NCBI GenBank assembly: GCA_963701855.1
Contig: CAVPBK010000005.1
Span: forward strand, 224,001 to 288,000
Source of the DNA: Nitrospirota bacterium
Lineage (GTDB): Bacteria; Nitrospirota; Nitrospiria; Nitrospirales; Nitrospiraceae
Reading direction: 5' to 3'
DNA length: 64,000 nt
Shown here: positions 8,314 through 17,616 of the stretch, one piece after another
How positions within the stretch are numbered: the first letter of the stretch is position 1
Layout: each line of letters begins with the position of its first letter
Notes under the pieces: model-generated
The model's database searches: none
Told to the model about the DNA's origin: nothing
What the model saw: the letters and a program-made list of their open reading frames with translations, nothing else
Made by a program: the position numbers and the translations under genes

Positions 8314-10046
8314 ATCGCCTGATACGATTGGTCCGCTACCTCAAACCCTATCGGGTTCGGCTAGGTGCGGCGTTTGCGTGCTCGGGGTTGGTGGCGGCCT
8401 TCTCCGGCGCTTACGCCTGGCTCGTCAAACCGGTCCTCGACGAGATTTTCATCAACAAAAATGAAAGCCTCCTGCTGGTGCTCCCGCTTGCGCTCTTTGC
8501 CGTGGCGTTACTCAAGAGCATCTTCAACTATGGACAAAACTATCTCATGAACTATGTCGGGAATCAGGTGATCACCGACATTCGGCAAGAGCTGTTCGGC
8601 AAGCTCATTCGGCTGCCCGTTCCCTATCACGATGTGAATACTTCGGGGCGATTGGTGTCCCGTGTGGTGAGCGACGTCACGTTGATGGCCAACGCGGTGG
8701 CGGGGGTATTGAAAGATATTTTTCAACAGGGACTCACGTTTTTGGCCATGATGGGCGTGATCTTCTATCAGAACTGGCGGCTGGGCGGTCTCTCGGTGAT
8801 CGTTATCCCCTTGGCCGTATTCACGATGGTGCGGATGGGGAAGCGGCTGCGGTCATTAGCCGCAAGTGGCCAGGAGCGGATGGGGGATATGGCTTCCACG
8901 CTTCAGGAAACGTTATCAGGCATTCGCATGGTAAAGGCCTATGGGCGTGAAGAGTCGGAGGCGGCGCGATTTCAACAGAGCAACCGCTTGTTTCTCAGTA
9001 CGACGATGAAGGCGATTCAGGTCTCCTCCCTCGGATCATCGCATATGGAAGTGATCGGTGTCGTGGGGGTTGCCGCGATTATTTGGTATGGCGGATTTCT
9101 CGTGATCAACGGTTCGATGACGCCGGGAGAGTTTTTCTCATTTCTGACGGCGATGTTTATGGCCTATGCGCCGATTCGCAAACTGTCCGGTTCCAATAAT
9201 GCGATTCAACAAGCGCTGGCCGCGGCGGAACGGGTCTTTGGCGTGTTGGACCTCAAGACCGAGCAGGATGCGGAAAAGGGCCGGTTGGAGTTGCCGAGGA
9301 TTGCGCAGTCGGTGACGTTCGACGATGTGACGTTTCATTATGAGAGCCAATCAGTACCGGCGCTCAACGATATCAATCTGACGATTCGTGCCGGAGAAAT
9401 GGTGGCCCTTGTAGGCAGCAGCGGCAGTGGAAAGACGACGCTGGTCAATCTGATTCCGCGCTTTTACGAGCCGATAGCCGGCCGCATTCTCATCGATGGA
9501 GTCGATATTCAGTCGTACACCCTCCGCTCGCTTCGATCGCAGATCGGCATGGTATCGCAAGATGTGGTCTTGTTCGACGACAGTATTCGTAACAACATCG
9601 CATTTGGACGGGAAGATGCAACCGACGAAGATATTATCCAGGCGGCGCGACTGGCCTATGCCCATGATTTTGTCGAACGCCTTCCGCAGGGGTACCAGAC
9701 AGTCGTGGGAGAGAAAGGGGTAAAACTCTCCGGCGGGGAACGGCAGCGTGTGGCCATCGCCCGTGCGATTTTACGCGACCCTCCCTTGCTCATTCTTGAT
9801 GAAGCGACGTCGGCGTTGGACACCGAGTCTGAGCGTGTCGTTCAGCTGGCCCTCGCCAATTTGATGAAGAATCGAACGACCGTCGTGATCGCCCATCGGT
9901 TGTCCACGATTCAACGGGCTGATCGAATCATGGTGTTGGCCCGAGGGTCGATCGTTGAAGTGGGGACACACGACGAGCTGCTTTGCCGTGACGGACAGTA
10001 TAAGCGGCTCCATGCGATGCAGTTCCAGGATGTGCCCGATGCATAA
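8301..10046 (+). CDS. msbA: Lipid A export ABC transporter
   Basis: Transmembrane domain plus GSSGSGKTT, LSGGERQR, ILDEATSALD; lipid A context. Confidence 0.92.
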   Translation: MSTLDRLIRLVRYLKPYRVRLGAAFACSGLVAAFSGAYAWLVKPVLDEIFINKNESLLLVLPLALFAVALLKSIFNYGQNYLMNYVGNQVITDIRQELFGKLIRLPVPYHDVNTSGRLVSRVVSDVTLMANAVAGVLKDIFQQGLTFLAMMGVIFYQNWRLGGLSVIVIPLAVFTMVRMGKRLRSLAASGQERMGDMASTLQETLSGIRMVKAYGREESEAARFQQSNRLFLSTTMKAIQVSSLGSSHMEVIGVVGVAAIIWYGGFLVINGSMTPGEFFSFLTAMFMAYAPIRKLSGSNNAIQQALAAAERVFGVLDLKTEQDAEKGRLELPRIAQSVTFDDVTFHYESQSVPALNDINLTIRAGEMVALVGSSGSGKTTLVNLIPRFYEPIAGRILIDGVDIQSYTLRSLRSQIGMVSQDVVLFDDSIRNNIAFGREDATDEDIIQAARLAYAHDFVERLPQGYQTVVGEKGVKLSGGERQRVAIARAILRDPPLLILDEATSALDTESERVVQLALANLMKNRTTVVIAHRLSTIQRADRIMVLARGSIVEVGTHDELLCRDGQYKRLHAMQFQDVPDA

Positions 10047-10718
10047 ACCCGCCATGAAGCAAGTCGAGAAGTGGCTGAAGCTTTCTGTGCTCCCTCCAAT
10101 CGGGGCTGCGGTGATTCGAGGGCTGGGGCGGTCTATGCAGATGGATTCGCAAGGCCACGAGCAGGTGGATGCGTTGTATCGTCAGGGCAGGCATATCATC
10201 CTTGCGTTTTGGCATGCGCAGCAACTCATGGTCCCGACAGGCTATCGTGGAACAGGGGCTAACGTGTTGATCAGCCAGCATCAGGATGGTGAGATTATTG
10301 CGCGCATCATCTCTCGATTCGGGCATCGGGCGGTTCGTGGGTCGAGCACCAGGGGCGGAGCCCTTGCATTACGGGAGCTGATCCGCCTTGGGCGATCCGG
10401 AGCTGATCTGGTGGTGACTCCCGATGGACCCAAGGGGCCTCGCCAGGTTGCGAAACTCGGCGTGGTTCAGCTGGCAAAGGCGACCGGGCTTCCGATTGTG
10501 CCCCTGGCCTTTAGTTGCTCAAAAAAAAAATCTTCGCAAGCTGGGATCGGTTCATGGTCCCGTATCCATGGTCCCGAGGTCTCTATCTCTGGGGCGCTCC
10601 CATCTGTGTTCCACGAGATGCTGATGAGCAGGCGTTGGAGGCGGCATGCCTGGAGCTTGAGACGGTCCTGAATCGACTGACGGATCAAGCGGAAGAGGCC
10701 GTGAAACGTGAAACGTGA
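10039..10718 (+). CDS. DUF374 lysophospholipid-acyltransferase-like protein, split by a frameshift at the A10 run (10521-10530)
   Basis: FWH, DGE, VRGSS, TPDGPKGP in the first frame; expected SWDRFMVPYPWSR tail continues in the -1 frame to 10718. Confidence 0.8.
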
Positions 10719-10784
10719 AACGTTAAACGTAAGGAGTCCAGGGGCGTCGTTTTACCTTTCACCTTTCCCGTCTCACGTTTAACG
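10700..10784. repeat. Inverted heptamer-array hairpin (CGTGAAA family), empty; clearest example
   Basis: CGTGAAA x3-CGTTAAA-CGTAAGG, 15-nt loop, TTTTACC-TTTCACC-TTTCCCG-TCTCACG-TTTAACG. Confidence 0.9.
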
Positions 10785-10791
10785 CGCAGCC

Positions 10792-12219
10792 ATGTGGCGT
10801 CTCTTCTACAACATTCTGTTGCTGGTTGTTTCGCCGCTCATCGTGGCGGTCCTGCTGGCCAAGCGACGGTGCCGTCCCGGACTGCTTCAACGTCTGGGAA
10901 TAGGAAATAGTCTATCTGGGCTGTCTGGTCTATCTCGTCGACCGGATCAACCAGATAGACCAAACGAACCAGACAGACCTGATAGACCATCCCAACCAGT
11001 CATCTGGATTCACGCCGTTTCTCTTGGTGAAGTGGTGGCGGTGACACCCCTCGTCCACGAGCTCCATCGCCGTCATCCTGCGTACCTCCTGGTGGTCTCG
11101 ACGGTGACCGAGACCGGGCGGGAAGCAGTGGAGCAGCGGTTGGCCGGCGTGGCAGAACACTGTTATGCGCCGCTCGATTTCCCTTGGGTTGTTTCTCTGT
11201 TCATCGAACGATTGCAACCCTGCCTCTATCTGTTCGTCGAGACCGAACTCTGGCCGAATCTCTTGTGGCATCTGCGTCAGCGTGGAGTACCGACCGCTCT
11301 TGTGAACGGCCGGCTCTCGACCAGGTCTTTTGCACGGCAGCGGTGGGCGCCCGTGCGATCGTTCTATCGGACGATGTTGCAGACGCTCAGCCTCTGCCTG
11401 ATGCAGTCGGACCGGGACGTTGATCGTATCGTTGCGCTGGGAGCAGAGGCGTCGCGGGTCAGGCGAACAGGGAATATCAAGTTTGACCAGCCGATACCGG
11501 TTGTCGCGGAGGGTGCGACGACCAGGGCTCATCTTGGGCTTCAGGATACGGAACAGCTGTTTGTGGCAGGCAGTACCCATCCCGGCGAAGAAGAAATCCT
11601 CGTGGAATGCTATCGGGCGCTCGTGGCACGCTATTCCTCAGCGGTCTTATTGCTGGCACCTCGACACATTGAGCGAGCGGAATCGGTAGAGGCGATGATT
11701 CGGGCGCGCGGGCTCGCGGTGCAGCGACGCAGCACTATTGGGCAGGCCGGCGCGCGGAGGTCTACTGGTCCTCGTGTGGTGGTGCTCGATTCACGGGGGG
11801 AATTGGCTGCGATCTACCGGGAAGCGGTGGTGGCGTTTGTCGGAGGCACACTCGTTCCGATTGGTGGACACAATTTGCTGGAGCCGGCTCAGTGGGCAAA
11901 ACCGGTGTTATTCGGTCTCTACACTGACCATTGTGCGGAGATAGCAGATTTATTGATCCAGGCGGGAGGGGGCCGCATGGTTCTTCATGCGGAGGATCTC
12001 ACGCAACAAGTCATGGCCCTCTTTTCCGATGACAAGGAACGGGAGCGGATGGGCCGGTCGGCTCGTCAGGTGGTCGAACAGAATCAGGGAGCCTTGCAAC
12101 GGACGATGGAGGCCATCGATAGATTGCTGATACCGAATCAAGGCACCAGTGGGTCTCTTCTTGCAGACCGGTCGCTTTCCCTCACGGCTGAGAAAAGTGG
12201 CACCTACTCAGGTAGATAA
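10792..12219 (+). CDS. waaA: Kdo transferase with an in-frame repeat insertion
   Basis: IWIHAVSLGE, ETELWPN, GNIKFD, APRHIER, GGHNLLEPA motifs. Confidence 0.95.
   Translation: MWRLFYNILLLVVSPLIVAVLLAKRRCRPGLLQRLGIGNSLSGLSGLSRRPDQPDRPNEPDRPDRPSQPVIWIHAVSLGEVVAVTPLVHELHRRHPAYLLVVSTVTETGREAVEQRLAGVAEHCYAPLDFPWVVSLFIERLQPCLYLFVETELWPNLLWHLRQRGVPTALVNGRLSTRSFARQRWAPVRSFYRTMLQTLSLCLMQSDRDVDRIVALGAEASRVRRTGNIKFDQPIPVVAEGATTRAHLGLQDTEQLFVAGSTHPGEEEILVECYRALVARYSSAVLLLAPRHIERAESVEAMIRARGLAVQRRSTIGQAGARRSTGPRVVVLDSRGELAAIYREAVVAFVGGTLVPIGGHNLLEPAQWAKPVLFGLYTDHCAEIADLLIQAGGGRMVLHAEDLTQQVMALFSDDKERERMGRSARQVVEQNQGALQRTMEAIDRLLIPNQGTSGSLLADRSLSLTAEKSGTYSGR
10910..10988. repeat. Inverted nonamer hairpin in frame inside waaA
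   Basis: GTCTATCTG-GGCTGTCTG-GTCTATCTC then CCGGATCAA-CCAGATAGA-CCAAACGAA-CCAGACAGA-CCTGATAGA; encodes SLSGLSGLSRRPDQPDRPNEPDRPDRP. Confidence 0.9.
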
Positions 12220-12349
12220 GCTGAAGGCTGTTAGGGGTCAATCATGCGTGATCACACACAGCATCGGGAATTTGAGTCGGCTGATCGTAATCACTCGGGC
12301 AGATAGACTGAAGGTTTCAGCCTTCAGCCTTCGGCTTGAACACCTGAGT
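12205..12349 (+). mobile_element. GCTGAAG-family cassette carrying a deleted four-helix-bundle gene remnant
   Basis: Arms TACTCAGGTAGATAAGCTGAAGGCTG / CAGCCTTCGGCTTGAACACCTGAGT; ATG 12244 encodes MRDHTQHREFESAD, similar to [14 protein letters not shown] at 15175. Confidence 0.8.
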
Positions 12350-12360
12350 CGGTACGAAAC

Positions 12361-13443
12361 GTGTTAACTCCTGGGGAAAAAGTCAGAAGATGGCTGATGT
12401 GGGCCGCAATCCCCTATGGGGTGGTTGCGCGGTTGCGCGCACTCCTGTACGACTGGGGCTGGTTCGCCCAGCGGCGATTGCCGGTCCCCGTGCTGAGTGT
12501 CGGGAATCTCACGCTGGGAGGGACAGGGAAAACGCCGGTAGTTATTATGCTGGTCGATTGGCTTCTGGCGCAGGGGAAACGGGTGGCGATTCTCAGCCGG
12601 GGCTATCGACGGACAAGTACGGCCTCGTATCTGCTGGTGTCGAATGGCGAGCACCTGTTGGTCGGCCCGAGTGAGGCCGGTGATGAACCATTCTTGATGG
12701 CGCAGCGTTGCCCCAAAGCAATCGTGGCTGTCGGCGCTGATCGCTATGAGCTCGGTAACTGGGTCTTGAAGCGATTTCCGATCGATTATTTAGTGCTCGA
12801 CGATGGATTTCAGCACCTAGGACTCGCGCGCGACGTCAATCTCTTGCTGGTCGATGCCACGGATGCGGAGGGACTCGCGGCTCTGGTGCCGGCCGGTCGG
12901 CTCCGGGAACCGCTACGGGCGGCGGCGCGCGCGACTGCGATCGTCGTTACGAGGGCAGACGTGCCGGCTCAGGTGACAGAGGTCTGTCGCAGACTGCGGG
13001 CCACGCTCGGTTCGATGTCGGACCCAATCCAGGCGGTCTTTCGTCCGGAGAGTCTCGTATCGGTGGTGACCGGTGCTTCGCAGCCGCTCTCCTGGTCCAA
13101 GGGGAAAACGGCGCTGCTCTGCAGCGGCGTGGGTCATGCCGGATCGTTTCGCTCTCTCGTCGAGCGAATAGGGATCAGGATTCTTGATGAAATGGTCTAT
13201 GCCGATCACCATGCCTATACGAACCAGGATGTCGAACGACTGAGTGCCAGAGCAGTTGAGCTTCAGGCTGAGATGGTTGTGACGACGGAGAAAGATGCCA
13301 GCAAGTTGGCTGCGCTGCTCCAACCCACCGATAGCTGGTGGGCAGTCCGATTGAGCACCTATGTGATTGTGGGGGAAGATCGGCTGCGGCGGTTAGTTCT
13401 CGATAGGCTGAAAGCTGAAGGCATATCTTTCGGAGGGTTGTGA
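12361..13443 (+). CDS. lpxK: Tetraacyldisaccharide 4'-kinase
   Basis: SVGNLTLGGTGKTP, SRGY, GDEP, LDDGFQH, TTEKDA motifs. Confidence 0.96.
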   Translation: MLTPGEKVRRWLMWAAIPYGVVARLRALLYDWGWFAQRRLPVPVLSVGNLTLGGTGKTPVVIMLVDWLLAQGKRVAILSRGYRRTSTASYLLVSNGEHLLVGPSEAGDEPFLMAQRCPKAIVAVGADRYELGNWVLKRFPIDYLVLDDGFQHLGLARDVNLLLVDATDAEGLAALVPAGRLREPLRAAARATAIVVTRADVPAQVTEVCRRLRATLGSMSDPIQAVFRPESLVSVVTGASQPLSWSKGKTALLCSGVGHAGSFRSLVERIGIRILDEMVYADHHAYTNQDVERLSARAVELQAEMVVTTEKDASKLAALLQPTDSWWAVRLSTYVIVGEDRLRRLVLDRLKAEGISFGGL

Positions 13444-15146
13444 ATAAAGACTCAATAAAGAGAATTCTTGTGCGTGGACCTAACTGGCTTGGCGATGCGG
13501 TGATGTGTGAGCCCGCGCTCCGTGGATTGCGGAGGCTATTCCCCGACGCTCAGATTGCGCTGTTGGTCAAGCCGGCTGTAGCCGATTTGTTCGCAGGCCA
13601 TCCGTCATTGACGCGCGTGTTGACCTACGACACCAAGGGGCACCATGCGGGACTCTCCGGTAAGTGGGGTCTGGCTGGGCAGTTGCGTCGGCAAGGCTTC
13701 GACCTGGCGGTGTTGTTTCAGAATGCGTTTGAGGCGGCGTTTCTGACGTTCCTGGCCGGCGTGCCTCGGCGCTATGGGTATGCAACAGACGGACGAAGTC
13801 TGCTGCTGTCAGATCCAGTTGTTACGCCGGATCGCCGCTCGCTAGTCCATCAGGTTCGCTATTATTGGGACATGCTGGAACCGCTGGGCCTCAAGGGCGA
13901 CCCTTCTGCACCAGAACTCGCCGTTTTTCCTGAGGAGGAACAGGCGATGGCGGGGAGATTTGCCCAGGGCGGATTGTCCGCCACGGATGTCGTCGTCGGG
14001 GTCAATCCAGGTTCGACCTACGGTGGGGCCAAACGCTGGTTGCCTGAACGGTTTGCCGAGGTCACGGAACGACTCTGCAGCACAATTCGCGAATCTCGCG
14101 GACAACAAGCCAGCGTGGTCATTTTTGGAGCCAAGGGAGAAGAGCGTTTGGGTCAGGAGATTGCTGAGCGTCTGACGTCCCCATCTCTGGTCTTGTCCGG
14201 GGCAACGACGATCCGGGAACTCATGGCAGCGGTGAAACGGTGTGCCATGCTCCTTACGAATGATACCGGTCCCATGCACATCGCGTCTGCGTTTCAGGTG
14301 CCGGTCGTCGCGATTTTCGGGCCGACCGATTGGCGCACCACGTCGCCCTTTGGGAGCGCCCATGCCATTGTGCGTCAGCCGGTCGATTGCGCACCCTGCC
14401 TATTGCGTGAATGTCCTATCGACCATAGGTGCATGACGCGGGTGACGGTGGATCAAGTCTATGAAGTGGGTCTGTCTAGCCTTTCTAGTCTGTCTGGTCG
14501 AAAAGCTCTATCTGGTCTATCTCGTCCGAACCAGACAAACAAGACAGACCTCTCCCACCAGATAGACCAGACAAACATTCTCGATGGTGTCACTGTGTTT
14601 CTGGATCGAGATGGAACATTGAACTACGATCCAGGCTATTTGAAAATCGCCGCTGATCTGAAGTTGTTGGCGGGGGTTGGGCCGGCTCTCGCGCGGTTGA
14701 AAGGGGCCGGTGCGAAATTAGTGGTCGTGACCAACCAATCCGGTGTTGGCCGTGGAATTGTGACCCTCAAGGATCTGGAAGCGATTCATGCCCGCCTACA
14801 AGGTATTTTGGAACAGGAGGACGCGGCGCTGGATGCGATCTATTTTTGCCCGCACCATCCTGACGATGGCTGCCGCTGCCGCAAACCGAATGTCGGAATG
14901 GTGGAACGGGCTGTGTCAGAGTTGCAACTGGATCTCCGACGTTCCTATTTGATTGGCGATCACGCGCGCGATATACAATTGGCACACAAGGTTGGAGCCA
15001 AGGCTATTTTGATTACGACCACGCAGGTGGACGCGCAGTCGATGGATAGGCTTAAGGTTGAACAGGCCATGCCTGATGCCGTGGCGAAGTCTATGACTGA
15101 GGCAGTTGACTGGATCCTGAATGACGTGAAGACACTACTCAGATAG
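13440..15146 (+). CDS. waaF: Heptosyltransferase II (GT9) fused to a GmhB-like heptose bisphosphate phosphatase (HAD)
   Basis: PNWLGDAVM, AKRW, NDTGPMH at the N-terminus; FLDRDGTL, VTNQSG, CPHHP, CRKP, IGD at the C-terminus. Confidence 0.9.
   Translation: MNKDSIKRILVRGPNWLGDAVMCEPALRGLRRLFPDAQIALLVKPAVADLFAGHPSLTRVLTYDTKGHHAGLSGKWGLAGQLRRQGFDLAVLFQNAFEAAFLTFLAGVPRRYGYATDGRSLLLSDPVVTPDRRSLVHQVRYYWDMLEPLGLKGDPSAPELAVFPEEEQAMAGRFAQGGLSATDVVVGVNPGSTYGGAKRWLPERFAEVTERLCSTIRESRGQQASVVIFGAKGEERLGQEIAERLTSPSLVLSGATTIRELMAAVKRCAMLLTNDTGPMHIASAFQVPVVAIFGPTDWRTTSPFGSAHAIVRQPVDCAPCLLRECPIDHRCMTRVTVDQVYEVGLSSLSSLSGRKALSGLSRPNQTNKTDLSHQIDQTNILDGVTVFLDRDGTLNYDPGYLKIAADLKLLAGVGPALARLKGAGAKLVVVTNQSGVGRGIVTLKDLEAIHARLQGILEQEDAALDAIYFCPHHPDDGCRCRKPNVGMVERAVSELQLDLRRSYLIGDHARDIQLAHKVGAKAILITTTQVDAQSMDRLKVEQAMPDAVAKSMTEAVDWILNDVKTLLR
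14469..14576. repeat. Inverted nonamer hairpin forming the WaaF-GmhB linker
   Basis: GGTCTGTCT-AGCCTTTCT-AGTCTGTCT...GGTCTATCT then GAACCAGAC-AAACAAGAC-AGACC...CCAGATAGACCAGACAAAC. Confidence 0.85.
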
Positions 15147-15559
15147 ATAGGCTGAAGGCGTTTATGGGTTAAGCATGCGGGATGACACACAGCTTCGGGC
15201 ATTTGAGCTGGCAGATGAAGTGGTCATGTTAGCGTATCGGACAACCGCAGGGCTTCCAAAGGAAGAGATGTTTGGACTGACTTCTCAGATACGGCGGGCA
15301 GCAGGTTCAGTTCCTTCTAATATCGTGGAAGGTTGCGCTCGTGACAGTGAGACAGAGTAGCTCAGATTTCTCAATATCGCCTTCGGGTCGTTGAGGGAGC
15401 TACACTATCAAATAAATTTGTCGAAGCGCCTGGGCTTCTTGCCCCGGGAGAATTCATCTCTGCTTGAACCAAAGATCGTAGAAACCGAGAAGGTATTGAA
15501 TGGCTTGATTCGTGCTCTGCGAGATAATTCATAGCCTTCAGTCTTCAGCCTGAACACCT
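15136..15559 (+). mobile_element. GCTGAAG-family cassette enclosing a full-length four-helix-bundle gene
   Basis: Left arm TACTCAGATAGATAGGCTGAAGGC (contains the upstream stop); right arm AGCCTTCAGTCTTCAGCCTGAACACCT. Confidence 0.75.
15175..15534 (+). pseudogene. Four-helix-bundle (23S rRNA IVP family) gene with an internal TAG at 15358-15360
   Basis: [26 protein letters not shown]; the same frame continues LRFLNIAFGSLRELHYQ...LNGLIRALRDNS* after the stop. Confidence 0.88.
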
Positions 15560-15565
15560 AACCGT

Positions 15566-16600
15566 ATGTCAGACTATCGCCACATTTTATTGATCAAGCC
15601 GAGTTCACTGGGCGACATCGTGCATACGATGCCGACCTGTGCGGCAATTCGCCGAGCCTATCCCAAGGCTCGACTCACCTGGTTGGTCAAGCGCCAATGG
15701 GCGGACCTAGTCGAGCGCATTGACGGGGTAGACCGGGTTTGGCCAGTGAAATCGACGCTCAAGGGGTGGCTCTCTCAGGTGCCCGCTCTTCGTACGGAGC
15801 GCTTCGATCTTGTCGTGGACCTTCAAGGTCTCTTTCGGAGCGCCGTCATCGGGTGGCTCGGAGGATCTCCTCTGCTTGTGGGATTTGCCAATGGGAGAGA
15901 GGGGAGTCCCTGGTTCTATTCGAGGTGCGTGCCGGTCCCACAATCGGAGATGCACGCGGTCGATCGTTACCTGCTTGTGGCCAAGGCAGTGGGGGCTGCG
16001 GAGTCCGGTGCGCCGGAGTTCCGTTTCCGCATTCCGCAGACCGATTATGAAGAGGTTGATGGTCTCTTGATCCGATCCGGCGTAACGCCTGGAACGAGTT
16101 GGGTGGCGATGAATGTCTCTGCTCGGTGGCCGACCAAGCGGTGGCCGGCTGCGTCGTTTGCCGAAGTCGCAGACCGGCTGCGGCAAGAAGAATGTGGCGC
16201 GGTGGTGATGATCGGTGGCCCTGACGAACGAGAGGATGTTGCCGCAGTGAACGGGATGATGAAGGCTCCTGCTATCGATCTGACCGGAGCCACGGCAGTG
16301 GGGTTGCTGCCGGCGCTCCTGAGCAGGGCGTCGCTGCTGATTACGAACGATTCAGGTCCGATGCATATTGCAGCAGCGGTTGGCACACCAGTGGTGGCCC
16401 TGTTCGGGCCGACGAGTGCGGTTCGAACCGGCCCCTATGGGATGGGTCACCACGTTTTGACGGGAAAGGTACCCTGTAGCCCCTGCTTCAGTCGAACTTG
16501 CCATAATACTCTGCAGTTGGAGTGTTTGAGAACGGTCTCGCCACAACAAGTACTGGCGGCGGCGCGAGCACAGCTGTCTCTTCGGGTGACTCCCCGATGA
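15566..16600 (+). CDS. GT9 heptosyltransferase, WaaC-like
   Basis: IKPSSLGDIVH, DLQGLFRSA, TKRWP, NDSGPMH. Confidence 0.88.
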   Translation: MSDYRHILLIKPSSLGDIVHTMPTCAAIRRAYPKARLTWLVKRQWADLVERIDGVDRVWPVKSTLKGWLSQVPALRTERFDLVVDLQGLFRSAVIGWLGGSPLLVGFANGREGSPWFYSRCVPVPQSEMHAVDRYLLVAKAVGAAESGAPEFRFRIPQTDYEEVDGLLIRSGVTPGTSWVAMNVSARWPTKRWPAASFAEVADRLRQEECGAVVMIGGPDEREDVAAVNGMMKAPAIDLTGATAVGLLPALLSRASLLITNDSGPMHIAAAVGTPVVALFGPTSAVRTGPYGMGHHVLTGKVPCSPCFSRTCHNTLQLECLRTVSPQQVLAAARAQLSLRVTPR

Positions 16601-17616
16601 ATGTCCTCTTAGTCCGCCCAGACGGGATCGGCGATGAAATTTTGTGTCTGCCGGTCGCTTCCGCGCTGCGCAGGCTCTTGCCGGAGGCGCGGATCACGTT
16701 TCTGTCCAGTGAGTATGCAGCCCCGCTGTTGGCTCATCATCCGGATCTTGACGAAGTCTGGACGGTCACGGGCCGGGAATCCCTGCGCGAGCTGATGGCG
16801 TTGTTTCACCGGGACGTTGATGCGGTGGTATTTCTCAAGCCGTTCAAGCAGTTGATGTGGGCGGCGTTCCTGGCGCGAGTTCCGATTCGAGTGGCGACAG
16901 GCTACCGCTGGTATAGTGTATTGGCGAATCGCCGAATCTATGAACATCGGAAAGATTTCTCCAAGCATGAAGCCGCGTATAACGTCGGTATGCTTGCGGG
17001 GCTTGGATTGAATCCCGGTAACATTTCTCCTCCAAGTCTCGTGTTGACCGATACAGAGCGCGCGTGGGGGCAAGAGCGGTTGCGCGGTATGCCCACACCC
17101 AAGGTGGTGCTCCATCCTGGCGGGTTTGCGGCCAGGCGCTGGCGCGTCGAGCAGTATCATGCGCTCACGCGCGAGTTGGACCGGAAGGGAGCGGGGGTGG
17201 TGCTGACCGGAAGCCAGGCAGAAGCGGACATGTTCAACCAGCACATGGACAGTGGCGCGCCGCTTCTTGCCTCGGTCTTGAATCTTATGGGGCAGTTGTC
17301 CCTGCGCGAGCTGATGGCCGTAATCGCGGCGAGTCATGCGGTGGTCTCAGGAGCCACAGGCCCGGCCCATATTGCCGCAGCCTGCGGGGTTCCGAATGTC
17401 AGTCTGTTCGATCCTCGGCGCAACAATCTTCCGACGCGGTGGCAGCCGCTCGGCAAGGGAGTCGTTTTGCGTCCTGATGTGCCGACTTGCGAAAAATGCA
17501 TATACGAGGCTTGTCCCTATTGGGACTGTCTCGACCGGCTGACGGTGGAAGCGGTTGCGCAGCATGTAATCCAGGCAGCCGGAGATCCGTCGCCGTTGAG
17601 AGTAGTCCATGTCTAA
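16597..17616 (+). CDS. GT9 glycosyltransferase
   Basis: VRPDGIGD, TGPAHIAAA; ATGA overlap with the previous gene. Confidence 0.85.
   Translation: MNVLLVRPDGIGDEILCLPVASALRRLLPEARITFLSSEYAAPLLAHHPDLDEVWTVTGRESLRELMALFHRDVDAVVFLKPFKQLMWAAFLARVPIRVATGYRWYSVLANRRIYEHRKDFSKHEAAYNVGMLAGLGLNPGNISPPSLVLTDTERAWGQERLRGMPTPKVVLHPGGFAARRWRVEQYHALTRELDRKGAGVVLTGSQAEADMFNQHMDSGAPLLASVLNLMGQLSLRELMAVIAASHAVVSGATGPAHIAAACGVPNVSLFDPRRNNLPTRWQPLGKGVVLRPDVPTCEKCIYEACPYWDCLDRLTVEAVAQHVIQAAGDPSPLRVVHV

Noticed and set aside
12199..12360. General target-site duplication for GCTGAAG cassettes
   Set aside because: Only the 51329 copy has a flanking direct repeat; 12205, 15136 and 46235 do not.
13402..13432. Complete hairpin element at the lpxK end (GATAGGCTGAAAGCTGAAGG)
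   Set aside because: It matches a left arm but has no convincing right arm; at most a half-site.
15358..15360. Pyrrolysine or programmed readthrough at the in-frame TAG
   Set aside because: No pyl genes are visible; a point mutation from a Tyr codon is simpler, and other paralogues are also decaying.
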